A DNA stretch of 63,498 nucleotides, counting the filler, from Reticulomyxa filosa (taxonomy: Eukaryota; Protista; Foraminifera): the NCBI GenBank assembly GCA_000512085.1. It is 25 parts of 25 records of this genome, joined end to end, with 100 filler letters (N's around TTAATTAATTAA, not from the genome) between each part and the next. Parts side by side here need not be neighbours in the genome. Positions count along the whole stretch, not along the records: positions 36,862 to 38,108 come from ASPP01000358.1; positions 38,209 to 40,543 come from ASPP01023873.1; positions 40,644 to 41,763 come from ASPP01003261.1; positions 41,864 to 43,035 come from ASPP01017686.1; positions 43,136 to 44,392 come from ASPP01034018.1; positions 44,493 to 46,058 come from ASPP01016153.1; positions 46,159 to 47,590 come from ASPP01035969.1; 18 more parts are not named here. One strand, given 5' to 3'. Positions 36,762-47,690 of this stretch are shown here, in pieces. The translations under genes were made by a program, and so were the position numbers. Numbering within the stretch: the stretch's first letter is position 1; each line of letters starts with the position of its first letter. The notes beneath the pieces were generated by a model that did no database searches, was not told where the DNA came from, and worked only from the letters and a program-made list of their open reading frames with translations.

Positions 36762-39700
36762 NNNNNNNNNNNNNNNNNNNNNNNNNNNNNNNNNNNNNNN
36801 NNNNNTTAATTAATTAANNNNNNNNNNNNNNNNNNNNNNNNNNNNNNNNNNNNNNNNNNNNAGAGTTGATAAGTTTTCATTTGGCATTGCATAAACACAC
36901 TTTTTATATCAAATAATTATTCAAAATTAAGTTGATAAGATTAGGACGATCAATAGTTTAGATATATGTTAAGCAAAATAATTTAATTTTGACACTATAA
37001 AATTCAAAATTCATTTGACACAGCACATTCAATTTTTTTAATTTAAATAAATATGTTATTTCATTAAATGATTGGAAGTGTTTTCCTTTTTTTTACATAA
37101 ACACAAAGAGCTTAGCAAAGCAGTCGGATAATGAAGAAAGTAATTTGTTTTGAGAATATATTGAAAATTATAGAAATATTTGTAAATGTTTCCACTTTTC
37201 TATGTTAAATCCTTTTTTGTCACTTATTTTATTTCCACAATGATATAATAAGCAAAGTATGAATTGTGCAAAATATTAAATGAACTTTCAAATATCTTAA
37301 ATCTACATCCTGTTGAGGATAATCTTAATCAATAGATTTTCTCCCGCCCTCTCCGACTTTTTGTTAACTGCTCTATATTAGTGTTTATGGAAAAGCAAGA
37401 ATTGGAAAAAGCGCATAAATGATAGTGAAGTGAAAGAAGGAAATATTAAATGAAAAACAAAAGGAATTGAATGATATCAATATATAATGACTATTCCAAA
37501 AAGGTAGTTAAAATTAATTTTAAATTAGTAATGTGTTATGTCAAAACTTTAAATCATAAATTATTTTTGTAGATTAATTATGTCTTTAAACATAATTATG
37601 TTTTTTGCTTTAATCATCATAAAAACACCATACTACGACAAATAATCAAAGCGTGTATTTAGTCGTTTATGTGTTGAAAGAAAAGAAGCGAATGATTGCC
37701 AAATCTAAAGACATTGGTGTAAGTGTATTTGATTTTTATAATTGTTCATTCAATTTTTAGACAAACTATTTACTCAATAAAAAAATAAAACGTATATCCA
37801 TGTGAAGCACTATATTTTAAAAGTAATGAAATGCAGTATTTGGAAGACGAACAAAAAACACTTATAAAACGCCGTTGTGATCATTCATGTCTTACTTCAA
37901 GAAAAATTGCTGCTTTTGATAATGTACACTGTTGCCCTTTAACTTTGTCCTGTTTTGAGTGTTCGCTACTATACAAAAAACAATAGCAAATAGACAAAAA
38001 AAAACTCTCTAAAAATTAGTCGTGATTTGCAAAGAAGAAAATACCACATTTGATATATCTTACAAAATTTATTTTGATATTTGAATACAATTTTCATTAG
38101 TTACGTTTNNNNNNNNNNNNNNNNNNNNNNNNNNNNNNNNNNNNNNNNNNNNTTAATTAATTAANNNNNNNNNNNNNNNNNNNNNNNNNNNNNNNNNNNN
38201 NNNNNNNNTTTATGATGATGTAATTCTTGCTATCACAATCAGTCCACTGAATGCAAATCAAAGCCTTTGTTGACAATGTTAATATTAATCAGCACTTGGA
38301 AGTGTCCATTCACAGACTCATCAACAGTGTCCTGATACTTATCTGGAGACACAAAATAATTCAATGAGCATGTACTTAGTCCATTGGTTGTGCATAGCTC
38401 TGACATTATAAAACAATGATATACAATTGTGGCAACAATTGCCCAGTGGAGTTTATATTGAATAATTCTACGTTAATTGCGACCACTCTTTTGAGACAGT
38501 GTTCATCCTGTCAATACGAAGATATTGATGGACAATCACTATGTCTGTAACGTACATGAAGGCACAAACGAATTGTTCTAATTATGTGTATACAAAATCT
38601 GATTCAACAAAAACATTTCAAAAAACAAAACGGTGAAAAATTGGTGGAAATGATAGTATTCAACTCGGATTTCTTTACGTCTGGACATTATAAAGCCATA
38701 TGAAGAACAAGATTTCAGCCTATTCAAAAATAATAATAATTTTGTATAAACAAACGTTTTCGTTTGCACAGCCAAAAAAAAAAAAAGAAAAACAAACTTA
38801 AAATAAAACTTCTCAGCAATTACATATTCGATTCATTGGCAGTGCTTAGTCAACCTTTCAATTTGGTGTAAATATATTTCAACTCGATTCCAAAATCTTC
38901 ATCTGGTGCAAGTGCGCAGTTGATGGCAACGATTTAATCATTCTTTTTACTGTGTTGGGTTGCATATACACCATCGTTCAATAGTATCCGATTCTAGCTT
39001 GATTCAAGCAACTGGGTTTATATCAATGTCATCACGAGTAACACATTTAAGCGGCCAAGCTTTTTTTAATCTTATTTGATTCAAGCAAATATTCACACTT
39101 TCTTGCGTTCTATTTATACTGAGTCGCAACTACGCGCGCACTGCAAAAACTCTTGTGCACTTACTTTTTCAATTTTTAGTGTATTGTGTGCTACTATTTC
39201 TTTATTTCGTGCATTCACTCACGGTCACAGTTCGCCACCGTTTGACTCTTGAAAAAAAAAAATAACTTTCAAAGATTCCTTCGTAATCGCGATTATGAAC
39301 TACAAACACATTCATATCCTTTGCTCCACGCGAGAAAGTCTTAAAATTTACGAAACAAGTCTTTTCTAACATTACTCTAAGGGGGCCACCCCTAGATCAA
39401 ACAAAATAAGGTGAACGAAAACATCAATTTTCGCTATAATTTCTTCAAAAAATGTTCATTTGTTAAATTACAAAAAAAAAATTATAAAAATGATCTATTT
39501 TACTTTCAATTGTATTTATTTACTGTTTTTCATTGTTTTTTTTCTATTTTTTAAAATTTTTTTCAAAAGTGTTTCCAAAGGGATTTTTAAAAAAAAAACT
39601 AGCTATTTGAAGTAACTTAATGTAATTGTAGAAAAAAAATTAAATTTTGTAATTTCTTGACTAATTCAACAACAAATCAAGAATAAAAAATCGAAGGATT

Positions 39701-40643
39701 ATTGTTTTTGAGCAATCCAAATGTGCATTGAATCAAATATTACATAATCTGAACTTTTGGAAAAGGCAAGCAAACACTACGTCTTGCCTTCAACACCTTC
39801 CCTCCAATGAATTGCACAATATCTTAGACACAGAAGCGTCTTTTTCAATTGATAACTATCAAAAACGGAAAAACTGCTGATCTTTCATATAGAAATCATT
39901 TTTTTTTAAAACATTATCTGCAAATGCTCAAGTGTTCCAAGGAAACGATTGGACTATTTCATTCTGTGCTCCATTGATTCAAGCGTTTTTGAAAGAAGAA
40001 ATGAAGTGAAATTACAAGCAATTATTTTGTTTTCATTTTTAATTTATAGTACCATGCCAAATATGCAGTGTGTTAATTACCGATGTTGCAATGTTGATTG
40101 AATTTACTCTCTGTGATTTCATTATTTTTTGCTACCTGGTTCATGAAAAACGAGGAACGAGACGTTTTCGTAGGGTTCACTGGCAGTTGAACGTGCGTAT
40201 TTCCCCTTAAACGAATTATCCTGATAGGTCGAATTGTGTCTCTATTGAATTCTCATACGATAAATAGTAATCAAAAATAACGAATATAATCCTGAGTCAT
40301 TTGTCTTGATTATGGTTTGTAAGGCCAAGTCTAAACTAAAAAAACAAAACAAAAAAAAAGATTACAGCACAAGGAGCACATTTTAATAGGGAATACCAAA
40401 GTATTACCGTTGGCTATCGGAGCGTTATCCCCTTATCAATCAAAAAATCGATGGACCAGTTTCACCAGAATTTGGTAAAAAAAAAAATCATTTTTTTTTT
40501 GTTGTTGTTGGATAAACGCGAACTCTCGGCCAAAAAAAAAAAANNNNNNNNNNNNNNNNNNNNNNNNNNNNNNNNNNNNNNNNNNNNTTAATTAATTAAN
40601 NNNNNNNNNNNNNNNNNNNNNNNNNNNNNNNNNNNNNNNNNNN

Positions 40644-40734
40644 AATTTTGATTAAATGTTGTTTTTTCATGGAGAAACACAATCATCTATATAAGGTGGC
40701 ATTTTATGTATCAACTTTCTTTTTTATCTTACTG
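40644..40734 (-). mobile_element. Tc1/mariner-type terminus, same family as 1154-1294
   Basis: The reverse complement reads TA|CAGTAAGATAAAAAAGAAAGTTGATACATAAAATGCCACCTTATATAGATGAT... Confidence 0.6.
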
Positions 40735-41425
40735 TATATGTTATCGAAACTGTATATATTACTTTAACAGAAAATTGTATCAAATAACAATAATGACTTT
40801 CCAAGTAATTTTTATATAATATTATTCTTTAACTTTATGTTTTTATAATATCATGAATCACTTGTATAATTTTATCATTATTTTTTGCTACACAATTAAT
40901 ATTCTAAACATTGACGCAATACTTTGAATATTGAGATTAATTGTCCTTTGAAATTGTTGGCATCGACAAATGCAATCCAACAACTCTTACAACATTACTT
41001 GTTTCAATAGTTTTTATGAATGCGACTTTGTATATCACATTATCACAATGAAATGACTAGAATATCAAAGGTATAAATGTGATTATAATGATAATAGTTG
41101 ACACAAAGTTGAATGATCAGTAATGTTCACTATTGCTAATATCGCTTAATTGTTTATTAACATTTTGTACTGAAATTTGCAAAAAAAAATTGTAGAATTT
41201 GTACATATGAACTAAACATTCGAAGTCTTTTTTTTGTAATGTTTAAATTTTGTCAAGAAAGTTTTGAAAGTTGACTACATTTCATAAAATTCTTTAAAAT
41301 TATCTAAATATAAATAAAATATAATCAACAATACAATTAAATACTGTTCTTTTATTCTACGTTAAGATGCAAAGTGTAAAAAAATTAAAATGTACAACAC
41401 ATAAACAAATAAAAAATCCCTTATT

Positions 41426-41740
41426 TCAAGAGAGAAATGACTGTCTTTTTGTCAAATTTGATTTTAAAAAATCACTACGACAAATTGAAGTATAGCATCC
41501 TTTTGTTTCACCTCGATCACAAAACTGAGTCCAATCATTAACTAGAGCATCATTTGTTCCATAAAAATACGACTGATTCAATATTCCTTTTTCCATTTCG
41601 GAAAGATATTTTTTTGCTAAGTCTTGATTCCAAATCATAACAATTGAATTTTTGGATAATTCGGATACTAAAGAGACACACATTTTTTGGACTCCACTTT
41701 TACTTTGTAGATTTTTAGATACTGTATTCCACTCTATATC
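41426..41740 (-). CDS. Terminal exon of an unidentified gene
   Basis: Open frame DIEWNTVSKNLQSKSGVQKMCVSLV...KRQSFLS* after an AG acceptor near the contig edge. Confidence 0.4.
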   Translation of the reverse strand, partial: DIEWNTVSKNLQSKSGVQKMCVSLVSELSKNSIVMIWNQDLAKKYLSEMEKGILNQSYFYGTNDALVNDWTQFCDRGETKGCYTSICRSDFLKSNLTKRQSFLS

Positions 41741-41863
41741 TACATACGAATTATTATTATTATNNNNNNNNNNNNNNNNNNNNNNNNNNNNNNNNNNNNN
41801 NNNNNNNTTAATTAATTAANNNNNNNNNNNNNNNNNNNNNNNNNNNNNNNNNNNNNNNNNNNN

Positions 41864-42575
41864 TTTGAATTTGCATCAAAAAAATATAACCAATCCAAAC
41901 AACATTGGTCTGTCGATGCAACACGGCAATGAAGCCGGTACAAAAGATCAGACACTTTCGTATGTTGGTTGGTTTTTCAATTGGCGTGTTTCGCGTCAAA
42001 TAATAGGTACAAAGTATCCAACACAGACTGGGGACATCGGTATAAAACAAATAAAAAAATAAGAAATGAAATGGGAATAACAACAATTCCAACACTTCAT
42101 CTCTTATCAGACGGTCCACTATTATTGGTGCCTTTGTCGCTGCTGGCAAGAGTATCTTGGATAGAGCTCTTTTCCACTCCATTTCTGAGTTCGCCATTGG
42201 CTTCAGTTCCAACACTTCTTGGGCAATTCGAGATAATGACACCCCGTGCAACGAGTGTCCCAATCCGCGGACTAATTCCAAAAAAAATGGTATGTATAAC
42301 AAATTAAACATTCGTACGTACTTGGGCGAACATGTTATCACTTTACTCAGTCCTGGGATCACTGTTGTCACTATGTTGTAAACTATTGCCGGCAAAAAAT
42401 ATAACCCCGGAAATGTCGTGATTTTTGGATCGTAGTACTTCCAGTTACCTTTGCAGTATTCTTGTGTTTGTGATATGTGAAACACTTCATCCATGTAGGG
42501 ATCTTTCACAATTGCATTGAAAAAGCCAAACAGAATTGCACACATCCCCAGCACGAATAACGGTGACAAAGACAT
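41864..42575 (-). CDS. ALG10: Dol-P-Glc alpha-1,2-glucosyltransferase (DIE2/ALG10), 3' truncated
   Basis: PYMDEVFHISQTQEYCKG, DPKITTFPGLY, LFYTDVPS, RQTNVVW. Confidence 0.95.
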
Positions 42576-43329
42576 TTTTTTTTTTGTTATTAATGTTCAA
42601 CTATAAAATGTTGGTTCAATCCAAAAAAAAAAAAAAAATTGGCCCCCCCCCCCCCTTTGCCGAGTGATCAACCAAGCAAAAACTTAAAAGATAACAAATG
42701 TGATATTGTTCCTCTTGTGCAATGCAGTTTATAAGAAGATGAAAAAAGCCCAAGAAATGAGGAAAGAGAAAGTTGGGTGTTGGTTTCAAGATGGCTCTGA
42801 AATTAAATCGCTCTGGAAAGTAGATGGAAAAAAGAATTCAACATATAATTATTTACTGAGAAAAGTTGATATCTAGTTTTAATAGAAGAGGAGAGGAAAA
42901 AAAGCAACGCGTATTTTTTCTTCCAATTCTTGATATTCCGACCCGGTTTTCGTTTGAGTATTTGAAAATGGAGGGAAGGGGAAAAAAAAGAAAAAAAGAA
43001 GATGAGACGAGGATACACAAACGAAAACAACAACTNNNNNNNNNNNNNNNNNNNNNNNNNNNNNNNNNNNNNNNNNNNNTTAATTAATTAANNNNNNNNN
43101 NNNNNNNNNNNNNNNNNNNNNNNNNNNNNNNNNNNTGATCAAAAATATGATTTTTTCAAATGATTTTTAAAAATTTCGACTGTATATTACACTGCATTTG
43201 TACCTACAGACCTTCAGTTTATTTTATTGAATTGATTTAATAGCTATTTAGAAAACAAGTTTAAAAAGTTATTAGTGAAAAGCATTTCAATTTATTATAA
43301 AAATTTCAGTCTTTTTACAAAACAATACT

Positions 43330-43830
43330 TGGTTGTTCCATACATAACGATTGGTGGGAATGATCATTCTGTGGAAATGTGAGATTTTTTATGAAGAATA
43401 AAAGGGAAGCGACGGGTCGATTATTTGAAGTTGGCACAACCCACGACTATCAATAACTTGGATTGATTGAAAATGGATCCCAATATTTGCGTGGTGGACA
43501 CGTTGCAGTCACAAGTGTTTTTGTTCGATTTGCGAAGTGATAAGACGGCATTGATGCAAACGATAGCTGATGACTATGACATCACTTGTGTCAAAGTCAA
43601 ATCCAAACAAAGGCTATTAATTGGCATAAGCAATGGCTTCGTCTTCGAATTCGATTACTTGATGTCCATTTATGAAAGGGAACGCATGTATCGCAGGTAC
43701 AGAAATGCCCCCTCTTAGGCAGCGTTTGATATATCGATTGTCATTCATCAAAGAAATGTTCGCTTTTGTTGGCTTGGGCAGATATTTGACTGTCATCGAT
43801 TCAATAGATCTCATTTCCCTTGCTCCAACT
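43330..43830 (+). pseudogene. WD40-like fragment with stops
   Basis: ITIGGNDHSVEM*D, VFLFDLRS, DITCVKV..LLIGISNGFVFEFD. Confidence 0.5.
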
Positions 43831-43839
43831 TTATTTAAA

Positions 43840-44392
43840 ACAAAGGTGTATATAATTGTCTTCTTCGCTCAATATTGCAACACAATCAAACAATGGACTG
43901 GGTAAGGTGTTTTCAAATAACATCCATTTGTTTTCTTGAATTGAGTACTTGTACACTGATTTTGAACAAGTGCGATTACCATATCCACCAAAGAACAAGA
44001 TTGTATCATTTATACACACACATATGCATAATATTTGAATGGTGTATCATTCATTACAAACAGGTATTTGATAAAGTTGAAAAGTGTTGTTATCTTCATC
44101 ATATTCAATTGATAATCCTGTCTTTCTACAAAACAACAGCATTTGATAATTTTGTTTATTTTTTTTTGATTTAATTTCATCACCTCTTGTCCTTGCACAT
44201 TTTCTAGTTTTGATACAAAGCAATTATAACTAATAAAATCATTGGTTGGCAATATATCATGTTTAATAAATTGAAATGTATTTAAATCAAACACGATAAT
44301 ATTATTAAATTGAAAAGTGATAAACAACAAATGATTATTGCTTCCACCAATTACTGCACGCACTCCTTCATAGTCATCATCATTTCTTCCAA
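43840..44392 (-). pseudogene. Kelch-like beta-propeller (Reticulomyxa-type expanded family), frameshifted and truncated
   Basis: GVRAVIGGSNNHLLFITF..NIIVFDLNTFQFIKHDILPT; MLLFCRKTGLSIEYDEDNNTFQF; YAYVCINDTILFFGG; KYSIQENKW..FENTLPSPL..CVAILSEEDNYIH. The pieces lie in different frames. Confidence 0.85.
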
Positions 44393-44492
44393 NNNNNNNN
44401 NNNNNNNNNNNNNNNNNNNNNNNNNNNNNNNNNNNNTTAATTAATTAANNNNNNNNNNNNNNNNNNNNNNNNNNNNNNNNNNNNNNNNNNNN

Positions 44493-46000
44493 AAGGGGGG
44501 GGGGGGGCATGTTGTTGTATATATATGTGATATACACAACAACAAAACAAACTGCAAAAATTCTATTGTTTGGATCAAAATTGCTCTTGCGATAATAATC
44601 ACAATCTATGTTGAATTGGCTCTGATATTGGTCACAACATAATTCGAGTTGGTTCTTTCGCTCATTTTGATGTTTAAAGTCAACTGACAATAAAGTATAA
44701 AGAGTGACCAGCTCAAGATGTCTTGAATCGATGCAATTGCTCCGTATCTCAGAAAAAAAGCGTGTCTCTTTGTTACTTTTTTTCTTCATTGTGAAGTCAG
44801 TTCCATCTTCCCAGCAAAAATCGCTGTCCTCCTCCTCATCAAAGGTGAGATAAATTTTTGGCTTCTTATTCGAGTCAGGAGAATGCTTCTCTTCATTAAC
44901 GATGAACATAATTTGTGGATCCTCCTCTTTCGTCTTCTTTCTTGCCTCGTTGAGCGAAATTTTTGGATACTCCTCTTTCATCTTCTTTCTTGCCTCGTTG
45001 AACGCATTTTTCGGATTGCCGTCTTGCAAGTACGAGTCCAAAAAATTATACATAAACACGTCCATTGTGATATGGTGTACATGTTCCATGCAGATTATAT
45101 GTTTGACACCAGCTAATTTCCAAAGGGGAAAAAAAAAATCAAACACACAAAACAAGTCATCTATAAATCTATCATATTTTTTTTTTTTTTAGAAAGGACG
45201 CAACAGACAACAAGTTTGTTTGTGACCAAACCTTCTTTCAAAACGCTTTTCAAGTTATCTGAGTAACGTGTGTTCAAGCACACGAGCTTTGGGGCTGACT
45301 TCAATTTCTTACATATTTCCTTCAGTTCGCTGATCGACATAATCTCACTGCAACATCCATTGATTACCCTTACGCCGTTTTTGGAATAATATCCAACCGC
45401 AATCAGGATGTTACAACGGGACATAAAGAACTCAAATGACTCCCGCGTCAACATTTCCATCCACGCTGTCATCTTTTTTTCGTGTTTCGAGGACAGCTGT
45501 TCCAGTTGGCCTGGCAGTTCCACTTTTATAACTTTCTTTCTTCCTTCTGCCAACCCACTTCCAGTCAATATCACAATTGTACATTGTTGAGTTGTCTTCT
45601 GACGTATACGTTCTGGCTTAGAGCAGTAATCGATTTCTTCCTATCACAGTACGGATTGGTTGTCAACAACAATAAAGGGGTACCCGTCCAAATAATAAAA
45701 GAAAAATACAAACTTGCCTTTTTTGAGGAAGCTGACATTGTACGTATCGATTCATATTGTGGTTGCTTTTGTTGCTGTCAATCAAACCATTTGTCTGTTT
45801 TTATCTCTTTTCTCCTTTTCGCTTTCCAAAAAAAAAAAAAAATACCTGTTTAACGCTTTCGTCTTCTTTCAAAGAATCGGTAACCTCTTGTGGTTGGTCA
45901 GGGTACTTCCGCTCTTGTTGGCCAGAGTCGTCGCCCTTCGAATTTTTGGCATAATCTAATAAATTATAATCTCCAGGCATCATTTGAGTAAAACGTAGCT
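44493..46000 (-). CDS. CHAT-like (caspase-fold) domain protein lacking the catalytic dyad, possibly followed by a STAND-type NTPase; partial
   Basis: TIVILTGSGL; NILIAVGYY (for ILHFSGHG); MSISELKEI; PKLVCLNTRYS (for LVFLNACHS); AGVKHIICM; FMYNFLDSYLQDGNPKNAFNEAR. These are followed by CIDSRHLELVTLYTLL and NRIFA| at an intron. Confidence 0.55.
44910..45001. repeat. 48-bp-period in-frame tandem duplication
   Basis: 44910-44953 and 44958-45001 differ at 3 of 44 nt and encode NEARKKMKEEYPKI / NEARKKTKEEDPQI. Confidence 0.92.
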
Positions 46001-47690
46001 TGCTACAACTACCAAAAGAAAAAAAGCCAAACCAGAACAAAAACGAATAAAAAGAAAANNNNNNNNNNNNNNNNNNNNNNNNNNNNNNNNNNNNNNNNNN
46101 NNTTAATTAATTAANNNNNNNNNNNNNNNNNNNNNNNNNNNNNNNNNNNNNNNNNNNNCCAATTCTTTTCAAATCACATTTATTGATTGAATTACTTTCA
46201 AATTTTTCTATATTTATCATTGTATTCTTTAAAAAGATTCAATGAAAATGGTAAATTATATGTCTTTATCAATTAATTTGAAATAGTTTTTGTTATTTTT
46301 AAAATAAATTATTTGTACTCAGAAGAGTCAATTTTTCATCTAGTTTTTTAAAATTGGAGTAGATCCACTTGCAAAAAATTTCTAAATTGGACTTCTGTTT
46401 TTGATTTGAAAAACTTGGAAGAAAAAAAAATGTTGATTAAATCAACATATAATAAAAGGTAATCCATTGACTGTTTTATTCAGAACAATACTGGCTGAAC
46501 ACTCAAATACGTATCAAAAATAAATAGAAAATTATCTATTTTATTTCTTTTATTGTTCACCAAATTGCGACAAAATCATTACTAGTTTTTTCTTGAACGT
46601 ATTTACGGACTAATTGCATATTTGCAAAAAAGTAATTTTGAAGATAACTCTTCGTAAACTATTGATAGAGATTATTTGGAATGAGTTTAAAAAAATAATA
46701 ATTCAAAGTACCCATTTCATATAATTTTGAGTAAACGTTGACACCAAGAAAAGTCTTTTTTAAGGAAAAACAAAACCTTGTTTGCTAGTAAAGGGGCAAA
46801 AATAATATTAGAATTATTTCAGTCCTTCATCAGGTTTGTCAATTATTTGCAATGATAAAAAAAGAACTCTTTTCTATAGAAAAAAAATTACATTGATATG
46901 TAACTAACGGATGTTAATACTCTACAAAATAAAACATGTATTTCTCGTACAAAATTTATTTCATTAAATAAAAGAATTTTTATTGACCCTTTGTGAGCTT
47001 AAAAAAAAAGTTGAAAGCATCTTTTCATCATCTTTGCATCATCAAAGATCATTTCAAGAAAAAAAAAGAAGATACTACAGTTTAGTAATGAAAGTTTCAT
47101 TTAAGTTTTTTTACGTTTTCTTTCTTCTTGTTTTTCTCATTTTGCTTTATGATTAAAACAGTCAAAAGAAGAAGAGACCCAAATCATTATTCATCATTGG
47201 ATTCGAATATTAAACATTCAATTAGGGTGGATCAAAGATTTTGATAAACTCGTTGTCAATTATGTTAGTTTATTTGATCTTTCTTTTTTAAATACTGATC
47301 AAAATATTCAATTGTTTATTTAACACAGGCATCTACTGTCTTCATGTTTGACATATTTCGCTTGAATATATCTTATTGATAAAATTGTCTAACGAGAGCA
47401 TAAGGAACGAGATTCCAAATTGATTTCTTGTTCAATGCTTTCTGTTGTAATAATCAAGAAAATTGAATTATTCTAAACAGTCAATGTCTTTGCGCAAATA
47501 CTTTTATTTTGTATTTGTCTAATTTGTGATTATTTTCATAATAGTGGTGTAAAATGCATTTTTTGATCCAGTATCATATTTTCTCTTCTTNNNNNNNNNN
47601 NNNNNNNNNNNNNNNNNNNNNNNNNNNNNNNNNNTTAATTAATTAANNNNNNNNNNNNNNNNNNNNNNNNNNNNNNNNNNNNNNNNNNNN

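Noticed and set aside
38509-38524. TGTCAATACGAAGA as a fourth copy of the element end
   Set aside because: Only about 12 nt match and the expected A-rich body does not follow.
39378-39396. AGGGGGCCACCCCT palindrome as a transposon end
   Set aside because: Single occurrence, with no partner TIR or second copy in the window.
36862-40543. Genes in the two AT-rich contigs here (and in 46159-47590)
   Set aside because: Only short stop-ridden coding-like patches, with no recognisable family.
45641-45717. Second GC-AG intron (AAG|GCAAGT)
   Set aside because: A GT donor 4 nt away works with an alternative upstream acceptor. This cannot be decided without RNA data.
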